The notes below the pieces were generated by a model. That model worked only from the letters and a program-made list of their open reading frames with translations, did not search any database and had not been told where the DNA came from. A program made the position numbers and the translations under genes. DNA of 64,000 nucleotides from the human T2T-CHM13v2.0 reference genome, Homo sapiens: the NCBI RefSeq assembly GCF_009914755.1, contig NC_060942.1. One strand, written 5' to 3'. Position 1 is the stretch's first letter. Each line of letters begins with the position of its first letter. This document shows positions 44,808-58,810 of this stretch, piece after piece.

Positions 44808-46365
44808 TCAGATACTCTGGCCTAAAGGTCATATTTGGAGCAATGTCTGGGTATATGCGTGTAAACAAATGAGCTCTAAAATTGGAGGCACATCAAGGGT
44901 ACCCCACCTAGCTATGTAGGTCCCTTCTCAGAAAAGACATTCCAGAAATGATCAACAAGCATCTGCCAGGATGCGACACCCAAGCAGTTCTCATCTGCTG
45001 GTTTCTTTCTCCAATTGTGTTTAGAAGGACTGAAGTACACAAGCTTTCTATGTCTTAAACAACAAGTTTTCGGTGGAGGGGGATCTTAAAAATGCCAGAC
45101 TTCTTCCTAATAAGGACAGACAGGTGCTCAGGCAATCCTTTTTCACAATAGGAAGGAAATGTATGTTCTGCCTACCCAACTTCTCATCCCTGATGTGTGT
45201 TTACAATGTAGACCACAGCACATACAATAGCACTAAATCCTAATGTTTACTTGAGCATACATAAGCAACAACCACCATTCGGCTTAATTTTTCTGTTATA
45301 AGTTGGAATGTCTCTGTGTGTATGTGTGTGTGAATGTGCCACCAAACCAAACATGCACCGGCACATACTTGCTTGTGATATACTCTGATTAAGCAGGAAT
45401 CGGTGCACTATCAAGAACAGTTTCAATCTTAAACTGGGAGAAACAGCAGATTCCAAGGAGCAAATTGATGTTCCCATAGCAATCTTAATTATTAGCTAAG
45501 CTTTGAAAGAAAAAGCAAACGTTGATATCTAGTAAAGTAGAATTTGGAGGGCTGAGTGGTGCAGTCAAATGAATTATTTAATCTCCCACTCTCAGCCTAA
45601 TCCTCTTGTTTTCTATCTTCTTATCTCATGTGTTAAAGAATAATAAATTCCCCAGAGTAAATGAAGTTGCCCAAAATATAAATTTCTCATGCAAAAATTA
45701 TTAATCTGTTTGGGGACTCTTCTGTAATTTTTCAGCTACACAAAATATTAATAGAATTTGGCTTTCCTTGACATAAATTTGAGCAGCTGACATCAAACTG
45801 ACTGACAGTGGATAAAGTGCACAAACAGCCGGGCAAAATTCATCAATCTCCTGTTTAAATCTGCATCTCCACAGAAACTCTTGGTAATATGTCTTTAGTC
45901 ACAGAAATAAGATGCTCAGAATGGTACCTTCCAGCATGTAAGAGGTTGACTATCCCAGGAAATTCTTCCCAATTCATTTAGTCTGCAGCCTCTGACAATG
46001 TTAGTGACAGGCATGTCATGGGGTGTTAGCCACAACTGTGAGAACTGCCACCACGTTCTTTGTTTCATCTCTCATCTGCTCCTTCAGGCTGTGGAGTCAC
46101 CGGCTCAGCTGAGCAGGCCCCAGTCATGCATTTCAGAATAGGACCGACTACAATTCAAGGTGACAAAACTTCTTCATCATCACCAATCTCCCCAAAACTG
46201 TCCCTTTGGCCCAGCCTATCGGTCTTTTTAAAATTTCCGGCAAAGGGATCTCTTTACAGTGTTTGTATATGTGGCTTTGAAGGTATCAGTATGTTTCTTT
46301 GTATGTTTTATTGGATCAGGACTGATATTACAGAGAAATGCAGATACATAGAAATCAAAAGTCCT

Positions 46366-46510
46366 GTCCTGGCACGGTGGCTCATGCCTGTAATCCCAGC
46401 ACTGTGGGAGGCCCAGGCAGGCTGATCGCTTGAGCCCAGGAGTTTGAGACCAGCTTGGGTCATGTAGCGAGACCCCATCTCTAAAAAAAAGAAAAATAAA
46501 TAAATAAAAA
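46366..46510 (+). mobile_element. FLAM_C Alu monomer
   Basis: Left-arm monomer with gcttgagcccaggagtttgagacc and an A tail. Confidence 0.85.
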
Positions 46511-46629
46511 ATTTTTACTGTTGGAACATACTTTAGAGATGATATCATCACTCTTCACCATGCTGTGTCTCCCCAAGAGTGAATTCTGAAAGGGAGAATT
46601 GCATGTTGGGAGTGAGTGAGGGTATAAAG

Positions 46630-47017
46630 TTTTTTATTTAACTTTATTTGAAAAAAGTTCAAACTTACAAGACAGTTGCAAGTACTACTATATATCTTTT
46701 GCTTAAACTCACCAATTGCTACTATCTTGCTACGTTTACTTTATTTCTCATAGATATAGAATAATTATTATTACTAAACTACCTGAGAGCAAATTGCAGT
46801 TACCATAATCCTTTACCCCTAACACTCCCTAAATATTTCAGCATGTATCTGCTAAACACAAAAGAATTACTATATCTTACATAGCCATGTTAAAATGATG
46901 AAATTCAGAAATTTTAACATTGACATATTACTATAATCAGTCACGTTCAGATTTTACCAAGACTGTCTGTATCAGTCAGGGTTCTCCAGAGAAACAGAAC
47001 CAATGGAAAAATACACA

Positions 47018-47062
<45 letters not shown>

Positions 47063-48360
47063 ATTTATTTTGGGAATTAGCTCACATGATTATGGAGGCT
47101 GAAAAGTCCCACCATCTGCCATCTGCAAGCTGGAGAACCAGGAAAGCTGGTGGCGTAATTCAGTCCAAAGAGTGGAAAGGACTGGGAGTGGTAGTGGAAA
47201 TGGGGGAAGTGCTGGTGTAAGTCCTAGTTCAAAGAGGAAGGCCCCAAAACCAGGAGCACCAATGTCCAAAGGCAGGAGAAGATGGATGTCCTAGCTCAAA
47301 CACAGAGAAAGAATTTGCTCTTCCTCTGCTAGTTTGTTCTATTTCCACCTTCAATGGATAGGATGATCCCTGCCCACATTGGTGAGGGCAATCTTCTTTA
47401 CTGTCTGCAATTCAAATGCCAATCTAATCTTGAAACACCCTCCCTGACATGCCCAGAAATGTTTTACTAAGTCTGTGGGCATCTCTTGGCCCACTCAAGT
47501 TGACAAATGTAATGAACCATCAAATGTCCTTTATAGCATTTCTCCTTCAAGATCTAATTAAGGTTCACACATTGCATTTGGTCAGCATGTCTCTTTCTCT
47601 GGCTTTCTTTGTCTTTCATTACATTGACGTGTTTGGAGACCAGAATGCTCCCCAGTTTGGGTTTGTCTCATGTTTCCATGTGGTTAGGCTTGTGTCATGC
47701 TTTTTTGATATGTCCTTATTAGTGCTTTACATTAGGAGATGGCACTTGATGTCACTTCATCCCACAATTGATGGCATTAACTCTGTTCTCTTGTTGAAAT
47801 GTTGACCACCCGTTTGCTCCAGTGTAAAATTGTCATTTTTCTTTGAAATTAATAATTAATCTGTGGGGAGATACTTGAGGACTGTGTAAATATTCTATTC
47901 TCTATTAAACTTTTACCCAATAGTTTTGGCATCCTTTGATGAATAACTACAGTGGTTGAAAGTGGTGGTTTCCTTAATCCATTATTCTTTCTGCACTTAC
48001 TCGTTGGTATTCTACTCTAAGCGAGTATTTTACCTGATCCTTCAGTTATATGCTTGTTTGTTTTTAAACTTATTTAAAATATTTTGCTCATTATCAATAT
48101 GGACTATGTGTGCCTATCGAGATTTATTTTGATGTTCTAACTATTCCGGATTTGGCTAGTTGGAGCCTCTTCAAACCAGCTTCTGTGTCCTTTTGAAATA
48201 CTCATATCACTTTTTGAGCACTTTCTTATTTTCTGAAACAAACAGATGTTCCAAGTTCATTTTTTCACTTTCCCTGACCCAGCCCTGGAATAAGACATTT
48301 CTCCAAGAAGTGTCTCTGGTTCAACTTAGAAACGGTATTTGAAACCAAGATCTGGTGTTT
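46630..48360 (-). mobile_element. L1ME/MC 3' region interrupted by MLT2
   Basis: ttcaaacttacaagacagttgcaag, cctaaatatttcagcatgtatct, gttccaagttcatt...tttgaaaccaagatctgg. Confidence 0.65.
46968..47522 (-). mobile_element. MLT2 (ERVL) LTR containing (CA)n
   Basis: tgtatcagtcagggttctccagagaaacagaacc...caagttgacaaatgtaatgaaccatca; (CA)n at 47013-47059. Confidence 0.88.
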
Positions 48361-48577
48361 GTCTAAATCTTGATGGCACAACAGAAAGTCCTTGTTATAC
48401 ACTGAAACATGCTATTCACATGAAAACAGTCTCCCTGCACCCTGCTCCCCACCCTGTCAAAAAGGAATGGGTATTAGAAGAGATGGATGGTTTCTTCTTA
48501 GGCATTTTTTGTACTTCTTCTGCCCACACTGTACTTGCCAATCCCTTGCCTTTAAATTCATACAAAAGCAGAGCTTT

Positions 48578-49858
48578 CGTGAATATGGCTGCAATAAACA
48601 TGGCAGTGCAGATATTTCATTGACATACAGATTTCAATTCCTTTGATGTATAACCAGAAGTGGGATAGCTAGGTCATATGGTATTTCTTTTTTAGTGTTT
48701 TGAAGAACCCCTATATTGCTTTCCATACTGACTTTACTAATTTACATTCCCACCAACGGTGTATAAAAGTTCCCTTTTCTCTGCATCCTTACCAACACTT
48801 GTTATTGTTCATCTTTCAATAATAGCCCTTATAACAGGTATGAGGTGATAACTCATTTTGGTTTTAGTTTCCATTTCCCTAATGATTAGTGAGGTTGAGC
48901 TTTTTTTCATGAACCTGTTGTTCATTTGTATGTGTTCTTTTGAGAAATATCTTTTCAGGTCATTTGCCCATTTTTTAATTGGGTTATTTGTTTTTTTGCT
49001 ATTGAGTTGCTTGGGTTACTTATATATTTTGGATATTAATCCCTTATCAGATATATGATTTACAAGTATTTTCTCTCACTCTGTAGATTGTCTCTTTATT
49101 TTGTTAATCATTTCGTTTGCTGTGCAGAAGCTTTTTGGTTTGGTTTGGTCCCATTTGTCTATTTTTCTTTTGTTGCCTGTGCTTTCAAAGTCATATCCAA
49201 AAAAACCATTGCCAGACCAAAGTTGTGGAGCTTTCTTCTATGTTTTCTTCTAGTAGTTTTAAAGTTTCAGGTCTTATATTTAAGTATTTTTTTGAGTTAA
49301 TTTTTGTATATGGTGTGAGATAAGAATCCAACTTTATTCTACTGCATGGACAATGGAATACTATTCAGCCCTAAAAAAGAAGGAAATTCTATTATTTGTG
49401 ACAATGTGGATGAACCTGGAGGACATTATGCTAAGTTAAATAAACCAGGCATGAAAAGACAAATACTACATAATCTCATTTATATGTGGAATCTAAAAAA
49501 GTCAAACTTATAAGAGCAGAATGACAGTTACCAGAGGCTGGGGAGAGGGGAAAATGGGGAGTTGTTGGTCAAAAGTACAAAGTTTCAGTTAGATATGTGG
49601 AATCAGTCAGGATCTACTGCACAGGAGGGTGACTATAGTCAGTAATAATATACTGTATATTTCAAAATAACTTAGAGAGTAAATTTCAAATGTCTCACCA
49701 CAAAAAAAAAATGGTAAGCAACTGATGGATATTAATTTAGTTTAATAATTCCACATTGCATACAGATAGCATACAGATATCAAAACACCCAAAACATCAC
49801 ATTGTATCCCATAAATGTATAAATTTATGATTTGTCAATTATAAATAATATTAATTTT
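48578..49858 (+). mobile_element. L1MA (MA6-9-like) with inverted 5' segment
   Basis: 48578-49349 is reverse ORF2 end; 49350-49858 is forward ORF2 end plus 3' UTR. Confidence 0.75.
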
Positions 49859-49861
49859 ATA

Positions 49862-49940
49862 AGCAGGCATGGTGGCATCCACCTGTGGCCCCAGCCACTT
49901 GGGAGGTGGAGGCAAGAGTATCACTTAAGCTCAGGAGTTT
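49862..49940 (+). mobile_element. Old Alu fragment
   Basis: ggcatggtggcatccacctgtggccccagccactttgggagg...gctcaggagttt. Confidence 0.7.
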
Positions 49941-52375
49941 GTATAATTCAGTAGCATTAAGTATGATTACGATGCCGAACAACATCACCACTACCTAGTT
50001 CTAGAACATTTCATCATCCCAAACAGAATCCCTGTGTCCAAGAAGTAGTCATCATTCATACCTCCCTCCTCCCAGCCCCTGGAAACTACTAATCTGCTTG
50101 TTGTCTCTATGGATTTCACTATTCTGAATATTTCAAATAAATGGAATCATACAATTTGTGGCCTTTTGCATCTGACTTCTTTCATTTAGCATAATGTTTC
50201 AAGCTTCATCCATGATGTAACATGTGTTAATACTTCATTCATTTTATGGCTAAATAGTGTTCCGTTGTACAGATCTACCACATTTTGTTTATCCATTCAA
50301 CAATTGATAGATATTTGAATTGTTTTCACCTTTTAGCTACTATGAATAAGGTTGCTATAAACATTCTTGTACAATTTTTTTTGAACAATGGTTTTCAATT
50401 CTATGAGATACATATCTAAGAATGCCATTGCTGGGTCATATGTTAATTCTGTGTTTAGGTTTCCGAGGAATCTTCAAATTGTTTTCCACAGCTGCTGCAC
50501 ACTTTACACTCCCATCCTAAAGTACTGTCAGAAGGTTCCAGTTTCTCCACATCTTCACCAACACTAATTTTTCTTTTTTGTTGTTATAATCATCTTAATA
50601 CCGATGAACTGCTATCTCACCTCTCATCACAGTTTTTATTTGCATTTCCCTAATGATTAGTGATGTATAGCACCTTTCCCTGTACTTATTGGTCATTTGC
50701 ATGCTTTCTTTGGAGAAATGTCTATTCACATCTGTTGCCCGTCTTTTAATTGAATTGTCTTTTCATTGTTGCGTTAAAAATTTGTTTTATATATTCTGAA
50801 TATTAAAACTTTATCAGATAAAGTTTTTTATTAGCTTTTTCATTACACGCATGTATCTTGCAGATCTGTGGATCGTCTTTTTATTCTTTAATACTCAAAG
50901 TATTTTTTGATACAAAAACGTTCTTAATTTTGCTGAAGTCTAGTTTAGCCATTTTTCTTGTTGTTGTTTATGTTTGGTGTCTCAGCTAAAAAACCACTCC
51001 AAGCCAAATCCAAGGTATGAAGATTTACCTATTTTCTTCTTTGAGTATAAATTTTTAGCTTTTCAGTTTGGAGATTTCTCAAACAACTAAAAATAGAACT
51101 ACCATTAAACCCAGCAATCCAATTACTGGACATATACCTAAAGAAAAATAAATCATTCTATGAAAAAAATACTTGCACTCATATGTTTATCACAGCACTA
51201 CTCACAATAGCAAAGTCATGGAGTCAACCTAGGTGTTCATCCACAGTGGACTGGATAACGAAAGTATGGTACATATACACCATGGAACACTATACATCCA
51301 TAAAGAAGAATGAAATCATGTCCTTTGCAATAATATGGATGAAGCTGGAGAGCATTATCTTAAGTGAATTAACACAGAAACAAAAAGTCAAATAGCGCAC
51401 ATTCTCACTTATAAGTGGGAGCTAAAAGTTGGGTACACACAGACATAAAGATGGCAACAATAGACACTGGGGAATCTAAAAGAAGAGGAGGGAGGGAGGG
51501 AGGAGGTCAAAGGCAGAAAAATGTTCTACTGAGTTCTGTGTTCACTAGCTGGATGACAGAATCAATAGAAGTCCAAACCTTAGAATCATACAATATACCC
51601 TTGTAACAAACCTGTACATGTACCCCTGAACCTAAAATAAATTTTTAAAAAATAATAATAGTAAAATAAAGTTTTAGCTTTTATATTTAGATTTTTTGAA
51701 TCATTTTGAGTTAATTTTTATATATGGTGTATAGTACAAGTACAACTTTTTTCTTCTGCATGTGAAAATTCAGTTTTCCAAGCATCATTTGTTGAATAAA
51801 CTAGTTTTTCACCCATTAAATGGCACCCTTATTGAAAATCGATTGAGCATAGGTGTATAAGTTTATTTCCTGGACTCTCAATCCTATTGTGTTGATCCAT
51901 ATATCTATCTATATGCCAGTACCATACTGTTTTGATTATTATAGTTTTATAGTAACTTTTAAAATCAGAAAATTTAAGTCCTCCAACTTTGTTCTTTTTC
52001 TAGATTGTATTGGCTATTTGGGGCTCCTTGAAATTTTTTATGAATTTTAGAATTGGCTCTTTCATTTCTGAAAAATAAAGGCCACTGGAATTTTAATAGT
52101 GATTACATTGAATCTGTTGACCACTTTGGGAAGTATTACTATCTTAACAATATTAAGTTTTCCAATCCATGAACACGGGATGTCTTTGTCTTTACATTTA
52201 TTTAGCTCTTCTTTCACTTATTTCAGCAATATTTTGTAATTTTCAGTGCACTGGTCATGTACTTTTTTTGTTAGATTTATTTCTAAGTACTTTATTCCTT
52301 TTGATGCTATTGTAAATGAAATTATTTTTTAAACTTCTTTTCAGATTGTGAATTGCTAGTGTATGAAAATACAAG
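49941..52375 (-). mobile_element. L1MB-like element split by a younger L1
   Basis: Reverse 3' UTR and ORF2 end, resuming at ~51667 after the insertion. Confidence 0.8.
51064..51666 (+). mobile_element. 5'-truncated L1PB-like 3' end
   Basis: ORF2 C-terminus MFITALLTIAKSWSQPRC; TSD TAAA(T/G)TTTTAGCTTTT at 51048-51063 / 51667-51682. Confidence 0.85.
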
Positions 52376-52384
52376 AATAAACAT

Positions 52385-52580
52385 TTTTAGATCTCCTACT
52401 TTGTGTCAGACAACATCTATAAATTATTACAGTTAGTCTCAGAGCAGCCCTGTGAGTTAAATATTATTATCTCTATTTACAAATGAAGAAAGTAGAACCC
52501 AAACATGTTGAAACACAACAATGGGATAGTAAGAGAAAGAGACAGAGAACTGAACTGATACATACAGATTCCAATTTTTT
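52385..52580 (-). mobile_element. MIR SINE
   Basis: tattattatctctatttacaaatgaagaaagtag (reverse core). Confidence 0.6.
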
Positions 52581-52689
52581 TCAAGCCTACTTTCATGTTT
52601 TTGCTTGTCATCTCATCTCCAGCCTCTATATGTCTTTTGGTTTAATCAGCTCTAGGCCTGAGCACATGCTCCTCCCTGAACATGGACTC

Positions 52690-53090
52690 CCCACCCCATG
52701 CCCCTCACTAGGCTTACTCCTACTCATCCATCTGTCTCCAGCTGAAATGTGACTCTTTTGGGACAGACTTCCCTGACCCCATCCCCAGTGGAGACCTCAT
52801 AACATTTCCAGCTTATGCAGTCATCCCAGCATAATTTGCAAGAAAGTTCTTTTTCATCTTCAGAATTGCTTCAGTTTGCTCAATAAATGATCACCCTCTC
52901 CATAGCCTTTTATGTACCCATGGCCCCTTATCCACCTCTCCTTTTCTATTCTTCTGGTTGCTGGTTTGAATGTCCTCTGAGAGACCTTGAGCTCCCTCAA
53001 CAGGCCTGTGTCTGTGTTGTGCACTGCCCATATCCCTAGCAACTAGCATGGCACAGAGTAGGCACTCAGCAAACTGTCAGTAAATGAGCA
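52690..53090 (+). mobile_element. L2 3' end
   Basis: cttccctgacccc...gagctccctc...ggcacagagtaggcactcag. Confidence 0.65.
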
Positions 53091-53869
53091 GGTTTTAACA
53101 AAAAACAAAAAGCCTATCAGACATGAATTCCCACCTAAACTGTCACCAAGAAAGACTGGACTTGTGTTTCTACAATGCCACCACTCCTTTCCCACATTCC
53201 TTTGCGTTTTCACTTCAGAATCAATTCTACATAAGGATGCAATCTTATACCTTGTTCCTCTGGGCCTTTCTTTCTAAAGTATGTATTGATTATTTATGAC
53301 ACAGCTACAACTAAAAGGAATAACAAATGGTTTACATAAACATCTCTGATGCCATGGAAATTTATTTTCTGAAAATGAAAGTAACCCTATAGTCTATTAA
53401 TTAAGCAGTACCTATAAAATCAAATGGCCCAAGTATAATGAAAACAATGCATCCACATTTTGAATCATTTAAGATGTTTAACCAAAAAATTAGCCTATTA
53501 TTTTTCTCAACCTAGTAATAATGGTCAACCTTGCTGTGTAAACAGAATTAATTAAATCATAAACCATTCCATGAGAAAAGTAAGGTTTATTTTAGGATTA
53601 ATTCAGAAGGGAAAAATGTTCCTGAATATTCTAAGACATGGATTAGTTTATACTGAACATTTGGAATAAATACTTTCTTGCATCATTTGAAACCTTGGTG
53701 GCTGCATTCTAACAAAATAAAGCTTGACTTTTAACAAATCGAATAATCTCTATACCTTCATGTATGAGGGGAGGGGAATTCACAGGGAGTAAAGGGTTAT
53801 ATCCCCGCACCCCCACCTCGGTGTTAATTTAACCTCATGTCTTATAGCAAGTTGCACTGGGAATCTTTC

Positions 53870-54049
53870 CTAGCATGGTGCTTAAGAACTTGGTTAGGGA
53901 GTCACACAGACATGGGTTGAAAGTAGTAGCTTAGTAGCTACAATTCCTCTTGAAGATTACTTAATCTCTCCAAGTGTATTTTCTTAACATGAAATTTAAA
54001 TAACAGAAGCTGCCTCCCAAGTTTGTGGTTAGGATTAAATGAGATACTG
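53870..54049 (+). mobile_element. MIR SINE, Alu inserted at its 3' part
   Basis: gagtcacacagacatgggttgaa...ttacttaatctctc...aggattaaatgagata. Confidence 0.7.
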
Positions 54050-54393
<344 letters not shown>

Positions 54394-54799
54394 TCAGTAA
54401 ATGCTGTCACCCAGTCACCTCCTAGTGACTGAGAGCTATTGCTCTGTAAAGGTTTAATCCCACAGACAAGACCTCAGAAGGCACAAGCTTAAATTATCTC
54501 ATCACTTTTTACAGCTTTTCCCCAGCCCTGCTTCTGCAAAACAAAGGCAGTTATAACTATGGCTCAAGAGGTTGAGTGGGACTTCTGATCTTACCCCTGC
54601 TGAGAGGGAAAGCAAGAGACAAAGAAGCAATCAACGCTAGATTTTTTAAAGAGATGCAAACGATTTGGACCCAGACACCCTTCCAAGGCTTAGCAAGAGT
54701 TTTGTAAATGAAACTGAGCCTCACATCCTCTTTCCAGCTTTGAAAAGGAGGCCAGAAAGCAAGGTAAGGGAATCAGAGCAGGGATGGCTTAGGTAGCAC

Positions 54800-55670
54800 T
54801 GTCAACAAAAAGAATCAAACTCTGTAAAATATTTGAAGAGATTTATTCTGAGCCAAATGTGAGTGACCGTGGCCTATGACACTGCCTCAGGAGATCCTGA
54901 GAACATATGCCCAAGGTGGCTGGGCTACTGCTTCGTTTTATATATTTTAGGGAAACATAAGATATCAGCGCACATGTAAGATGTACATTGGTTCAGTCCA
55001 GCAGGACAACTCGAAGGTGATGGAGATTGTTGGGGGAGGGGGCTTCTAGGTCATAGGTAGGGGGATTTAAGGATTTCCTGATTGGTAATTGCTTGAAAGA
55101 GTTTACCTAAAGACCTGGAATCAATAGGAAGGAGTGTCTGGGTTAGGATAAGGGGTTGTGGACACCAAGGTCCCTATTATGCAGATGAAGCCTCCAGGTG
55201 GCAGGCTTCAGAGAAAATAGATAGTAAATGTTTGTAATCAGACGTAAAAAGGTACTGGACTCAGTTAATTATCTCTTGGATCAACAAAAAGACCTGGAAA
55301 GGGAAGAGGATTCTCTATAGAATGTAGATTTTCCCCACAAGAGACAGCTTTGCAAGGCCATTTCAAAATATGTCAAAGAAATATATCTCAGGGTAAAATA
55401 CTTCAGTTTCTTGCAGGGCCTGCTATCTCTCATGTTGGTATTTTATCGCTACAAAAAGTCTGTTTGGTCAGTCTTAAGGTCTGGTTTAATGTTAATGCTG
55501 ATCAGCTGTGCCTGAATTCCAAAGGGAGGAAGGTATTATGAGGTATGTCCAACCCCTCCTTCCCATGATGGCCTAAACCGGTGTTTCAGGTTAACTTCAG
55601 AATGCCCTTGGCCAAGAGAAGGGGTGCATTCAGTTAGTTGTAAAGTTTAGAATTTTATTTTTGGTTTATA
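54800..55670 (-). mobile_element. MER4-group (MER4B/D-like) ERV1 solo LTR
   Basis: Minus strand starts TATAAACCAAAAATAAAATTCTAAA (MER4 start) and ends TTGACA; TSD GCAC/GCAT. Confidence 0.85.
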
Positions 55671-56519
55671 GCATTTATAAATGGAGCTCTCCCTGGAAAG
55701 TAGGGTTGAGGATTTTTCATCCCTACTGGAAACCAGTGAAGGGAGACACTCCAAGAGATGACTTGTTGAGATTGAGAGCAGCTGCAAGAAGGTGAGGCTG
55801 GCATCCACTGTATTGCCACACCAGTCCTTAGCCAGGACTACTCTACATGTAGCCAAGCAGCAAAAGAAAAACAAAAAAAGGAAAGGGGAAAAGGCAGACC
55901 AAAGAAAGGAGGAAGCACATTGCTATTATAGCAAGGACCCATGTCACAGTAGTGCAGGAGGGCTTGAGTAGTCTTGCTTGTACCCACCCAAGAGCTTTCT
56001 GCCAAGCAAGGCGACCCTCAAATATAGGCAGCTGCAGGGTGCAACACAGGGAGACTAGTGGTCCAAAAAACCAGTGATAACTTTTGAGTTCTTCGTAGGG
56101 TCTCTAAGTCACCAAAACATGCAATCTGATGTTAAATAATATATCCTGTGTCAAAGAATTGAACAATGGGGAGACTCTGAAAGTCCCTACAAAGAAACTC
56201 ACACGTGTGCCAATAGAGACCTAACTTTTAGAAGCCTGCCACATGCAGAGCTTTGATAGCTGTTCAGAGATGCAGGAATAACAGACACAATCAAAGGAAG
56301 AAACACTTGCCCCCTTCTATCTCCCTCTTTCCTGTGGCTGTTCCCAAAGGAAAAGGGGGTCCCAAAGAGGGAAGAGACCTGGGAAAGCAGAGAACACTGT
56401 CCTGGCCTGGACTCTTTACACCTGAAGGTTACTGGCTGGCTCAGATGTGAGTAAAGTACAGAAGAGGGGGATTTGACTGAGCAAGTTTGAAGGTAGTGGT
56501 ATAGACTCATATATCATAA

Positions 56520-56690
56520 AATCTTGCTAGTCGAAGTACAGCAAGCAATGCGCATACAGCACTGACGTGGGCTGGGAGCTTGTTAGAAATGTAGAATCTC
56601 AGGGCCCATCCCCAGAAGTCCTGAATCAGAATCTTCATTGTAATACAAACTGGTGGTTTGTATACACATTAAAGTTTGAGAGGCACTATC
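56520..56690. mobile_element. MER5 hAT-Charlie MITE
   Basis: ctgggagcttgttagaaatgtagaatctcagg...cattaaagtttgagaggcact. Confidence 0.8.
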
Positions 56691-57439
56691 CTAAAGGCTC
56701 AAAGAGGATTCTACCTTGGAGGTTTAAAATGTATCCAGGAGTTTGTTTTCTCTCTCATTTCTATTCTCTGTCTCTCTCTCCCTCAAATAAATATTTTTAA
56801 CTTGAAATCAATAGGGAAGCATTGGAGAGACAAGGGCAAAAAGGGAGAACACTGAAAGAAAATTTAACCACCATGTGGGAAGCCATCTGCAGCCGACACG
56901 TTGCTGGCACGCCTCTGGCCCATATATCCACAGAGCAGAAGCTGACCAGGCAAGAACTCTTAGCAGGTTTTGAGGTCATGAGGTGCTGAGAGATGTACAG
57001 TCAGGACTCCCAGTACTGTGAGAGTCCAAGCATCAGATCACATCTGAAAAAGGAAGTGCCTTCATAATAACTTCAATCAAAATTAGCAGCAGGTGCCATC
57101 AGTGTCCTTTAGGACAAGCAGGTTCTCATTGCATAAAGACATACACACTTGGGGAGGAATCCAAACAGATTCTGGGGCCATGGCTTTTGATAAACATCAG
57201 TTGAGGCTGATCAGCAAAAACCAAGCCACCTGAGGTCATTGTAACACCCTCACCTTCATTTTGAGTTCTGAAGCTTACTCTTTTTTTGAAGCAACCATGA
57301 TTTTGCATGATTGTAACAGAACACTAGGCAATAATTTTTTTAAAAAATTCTGTATTTCTTGTTACCTCCACCACCACGTAACACCAGGGAAGTCACAGTT
57401 TCTATGTACTTTGACAAATCTACTATAGCTTATTATCAA

Positions 57440-57620
57440 GATGAAGAGCATCAAATTTGGAGTTAGAGAAAACGGGGTTTGAGTCCCAGTTCTGCTGCTT
57501 AATAGCAAGTGATCTGGAATAGGTTTCTCTGAGAGACCTGCAAGAAATAGTTTCTGGCTGTTCTTCCACTTCCAGTACTTAATGTATTGAGAAGAATTAT
57601 ATAAATGGGACTGTGGAAAG
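57440..57620 (+). mobile_element. MIR SINE, degraded
   Basis: tttggagttagagaaaacggggtttgagtcccagttctgc. Confidence 0.55.
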
Positions 57621-57855
57621 AAAATGCCTATCAGAGAGGTGAGTTGCCCCAAGAAGTGATGCACACTAAAGCAATTAAGCAGCTGTAGCAAAGAACACTG
57701 GGTCACTGGCCACTGTGGGGACGCATTCTTCCCAGGCAGATCACGCATCCCAGAGGAAGCCCTGGGCATCTGGCAAGCAATTGTGTGCAGGCAGCTCCCA
57801 AGGAAGGCTGAGGAGCTTGCAGTATTAGTGAGTCCTGTATTCTTTATCACCAGTT

Positions 57856-57985
57856 GCTATGGTTCAAATGTGTCCCCCAGAAATTCATGTGTTGGAAACT
57901 TGATCCCCAGTGCAACAGTGTCGGAAGGTGGAGCCTGATGGGAGATGTTTAGGCCAGGAGGGCTCTGTCCTCAGGAATGGTTTAA
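57856..57985 (+). mobile_element. MST LTR 5' fragment
   Basis: tgctatggttcaaatgtgtcccccagaaattcatgtgttggaaacttgatccccagtgcaacagtg. Confidence 0.75.
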
Positions 57986-58038
57986 AAAGAATTGTCAGGA
58001 TCAAATGAGAAAAAGCATGTGGAGCTATTTTATAATAC

Positions 58039-58386
58039 GGATATGGCTTGGCTGTGTCCCTACCCAAATCTCAACTTGAATTGTATCTCCCAGAATTCCC
58101 GTGTGTTGGGGAGGGACCCAGGGGGAGGTAATTGAATCATGAGGGCCGGTCTTTCCCATGCTATTCTCGTAATAGTGAATAAGTTTCACGAGATCTGATG
58201 GGTTTATCAGGGGTTTCTGCTTTTGCTTCTTCCTCATTTTCTCTTGCCCCAACCATGTAAGAAGTGCCTGTCACCTCCCTCCATGATTCCGAGGCCTCCG
58301 TTTTAATTGTAAGTCCAACAACACCTCTTTTTTTTTTCCCAGTCTCCGGTATGTCTTTATCAGCAGCATGAAAACAGACTAATACA
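58039..58386 (+). mobile_element. THE1A LTR
   Basis: gggtttatcaggggtttctgcttttgcttcttcctcatttt is a THE1A diagnostic; TSD AATAC/AATAT. Confidence 0.9.
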
Positions 58387-58510
58387 AATATATAAAGGGC
58401 TATTTAGTACAGTAAAGTTTATGTAGGAAAACCATTTTATTTACATAGAAAGCATGAGAAAAAAACACAAATATGTTAGCAAAAGCTATGATATCTAAAA
58501 ATCATTACAG

Positions 58511-58810
<300 letters not shown>

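Noticed and set aside
57362-57850. 162 aa minus-strand ORF
   Set aside because: Overlaps a MIR relic, has no recognisable protein features, and is probably a chance ORF.
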